DNA of 64,000 nucleotides from the human T2T-CHM13v2.0 reference genome, Homo sapiens. The notes beneath the pieces are model-generated. The model ran no database searches and was not told the origin of the DNA. It saw only the letters and a list, made by a program, of their open reading frames with translations. Position numbers and translations under genes: made by a program. How positions within the stretch are numbered: position 1 is the stretch's first letter; each line of letters starts with the position of its first letter. Below are positions 63,895-64,000 of the stretch, one piece after another. The stretch is from the NCBI RefSeq assembly GCF_009914755.1, contig NC_060927.1; one strand, written 5' to 3'.

Positions 63895-64000
63895 TAGGCA
63901 CACTTTGCCCTATGCATCTCTTCCACCTGGCTGTTCCTGAGTTGTATACTTTATAATAAACCAGAACATTTTAAGTAAAGTGTATCCCTGAGTTTGTGAG
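63895..64000 (+). mobile_element. MER21-like LTR fragment running off the window edge
   Basis: ttgccctatgcatctcttcc...ctgttcctgagttgtatactttataataaacc. Confidence 0.55.

Overview
Primate genomic DNA, almost certainly human; the gene order matches my recollection of chr3q25.1. The window holds the last four coding exons and 3' end of EIF2A (+) and the complete six-exon SELENOT (selenoprotein T) gene (+). The SELENOT CDS is 588 nt (195 aa), with an in-frame Sec-UGA in a CVSU motif at 47635-47637 and a type II SECIS in a separate 3'-UTR exon; this recoding system is established biology and the ORF track misses it. SELENOT intron 1 carries an antisense SAP30 processed pseudogene joined to an Alu, apparently inserted as one unit, and a young 5'-inverted L1PA. 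Upstream of SELENOT is a stack of LTRs, including MER41 and a collapsed HERV-H/LTR7 provirus. Most other ORFs in the track are Alu, L1 or ERV artefacts. The best candidates for something undescribed are: the putative Alu-SAP30 template-switch chimera; a MER41 copy whose tandem GAS motifs both have STAT6-type N4 spacing; a 3'-UTR intron with poly(A) signals that could remove the SECIS; and a sense LTR7 with cryptic splice sites just upstream of the SELENOT promoter. Repeat family names come from memory of consensus sequences, not from a search.
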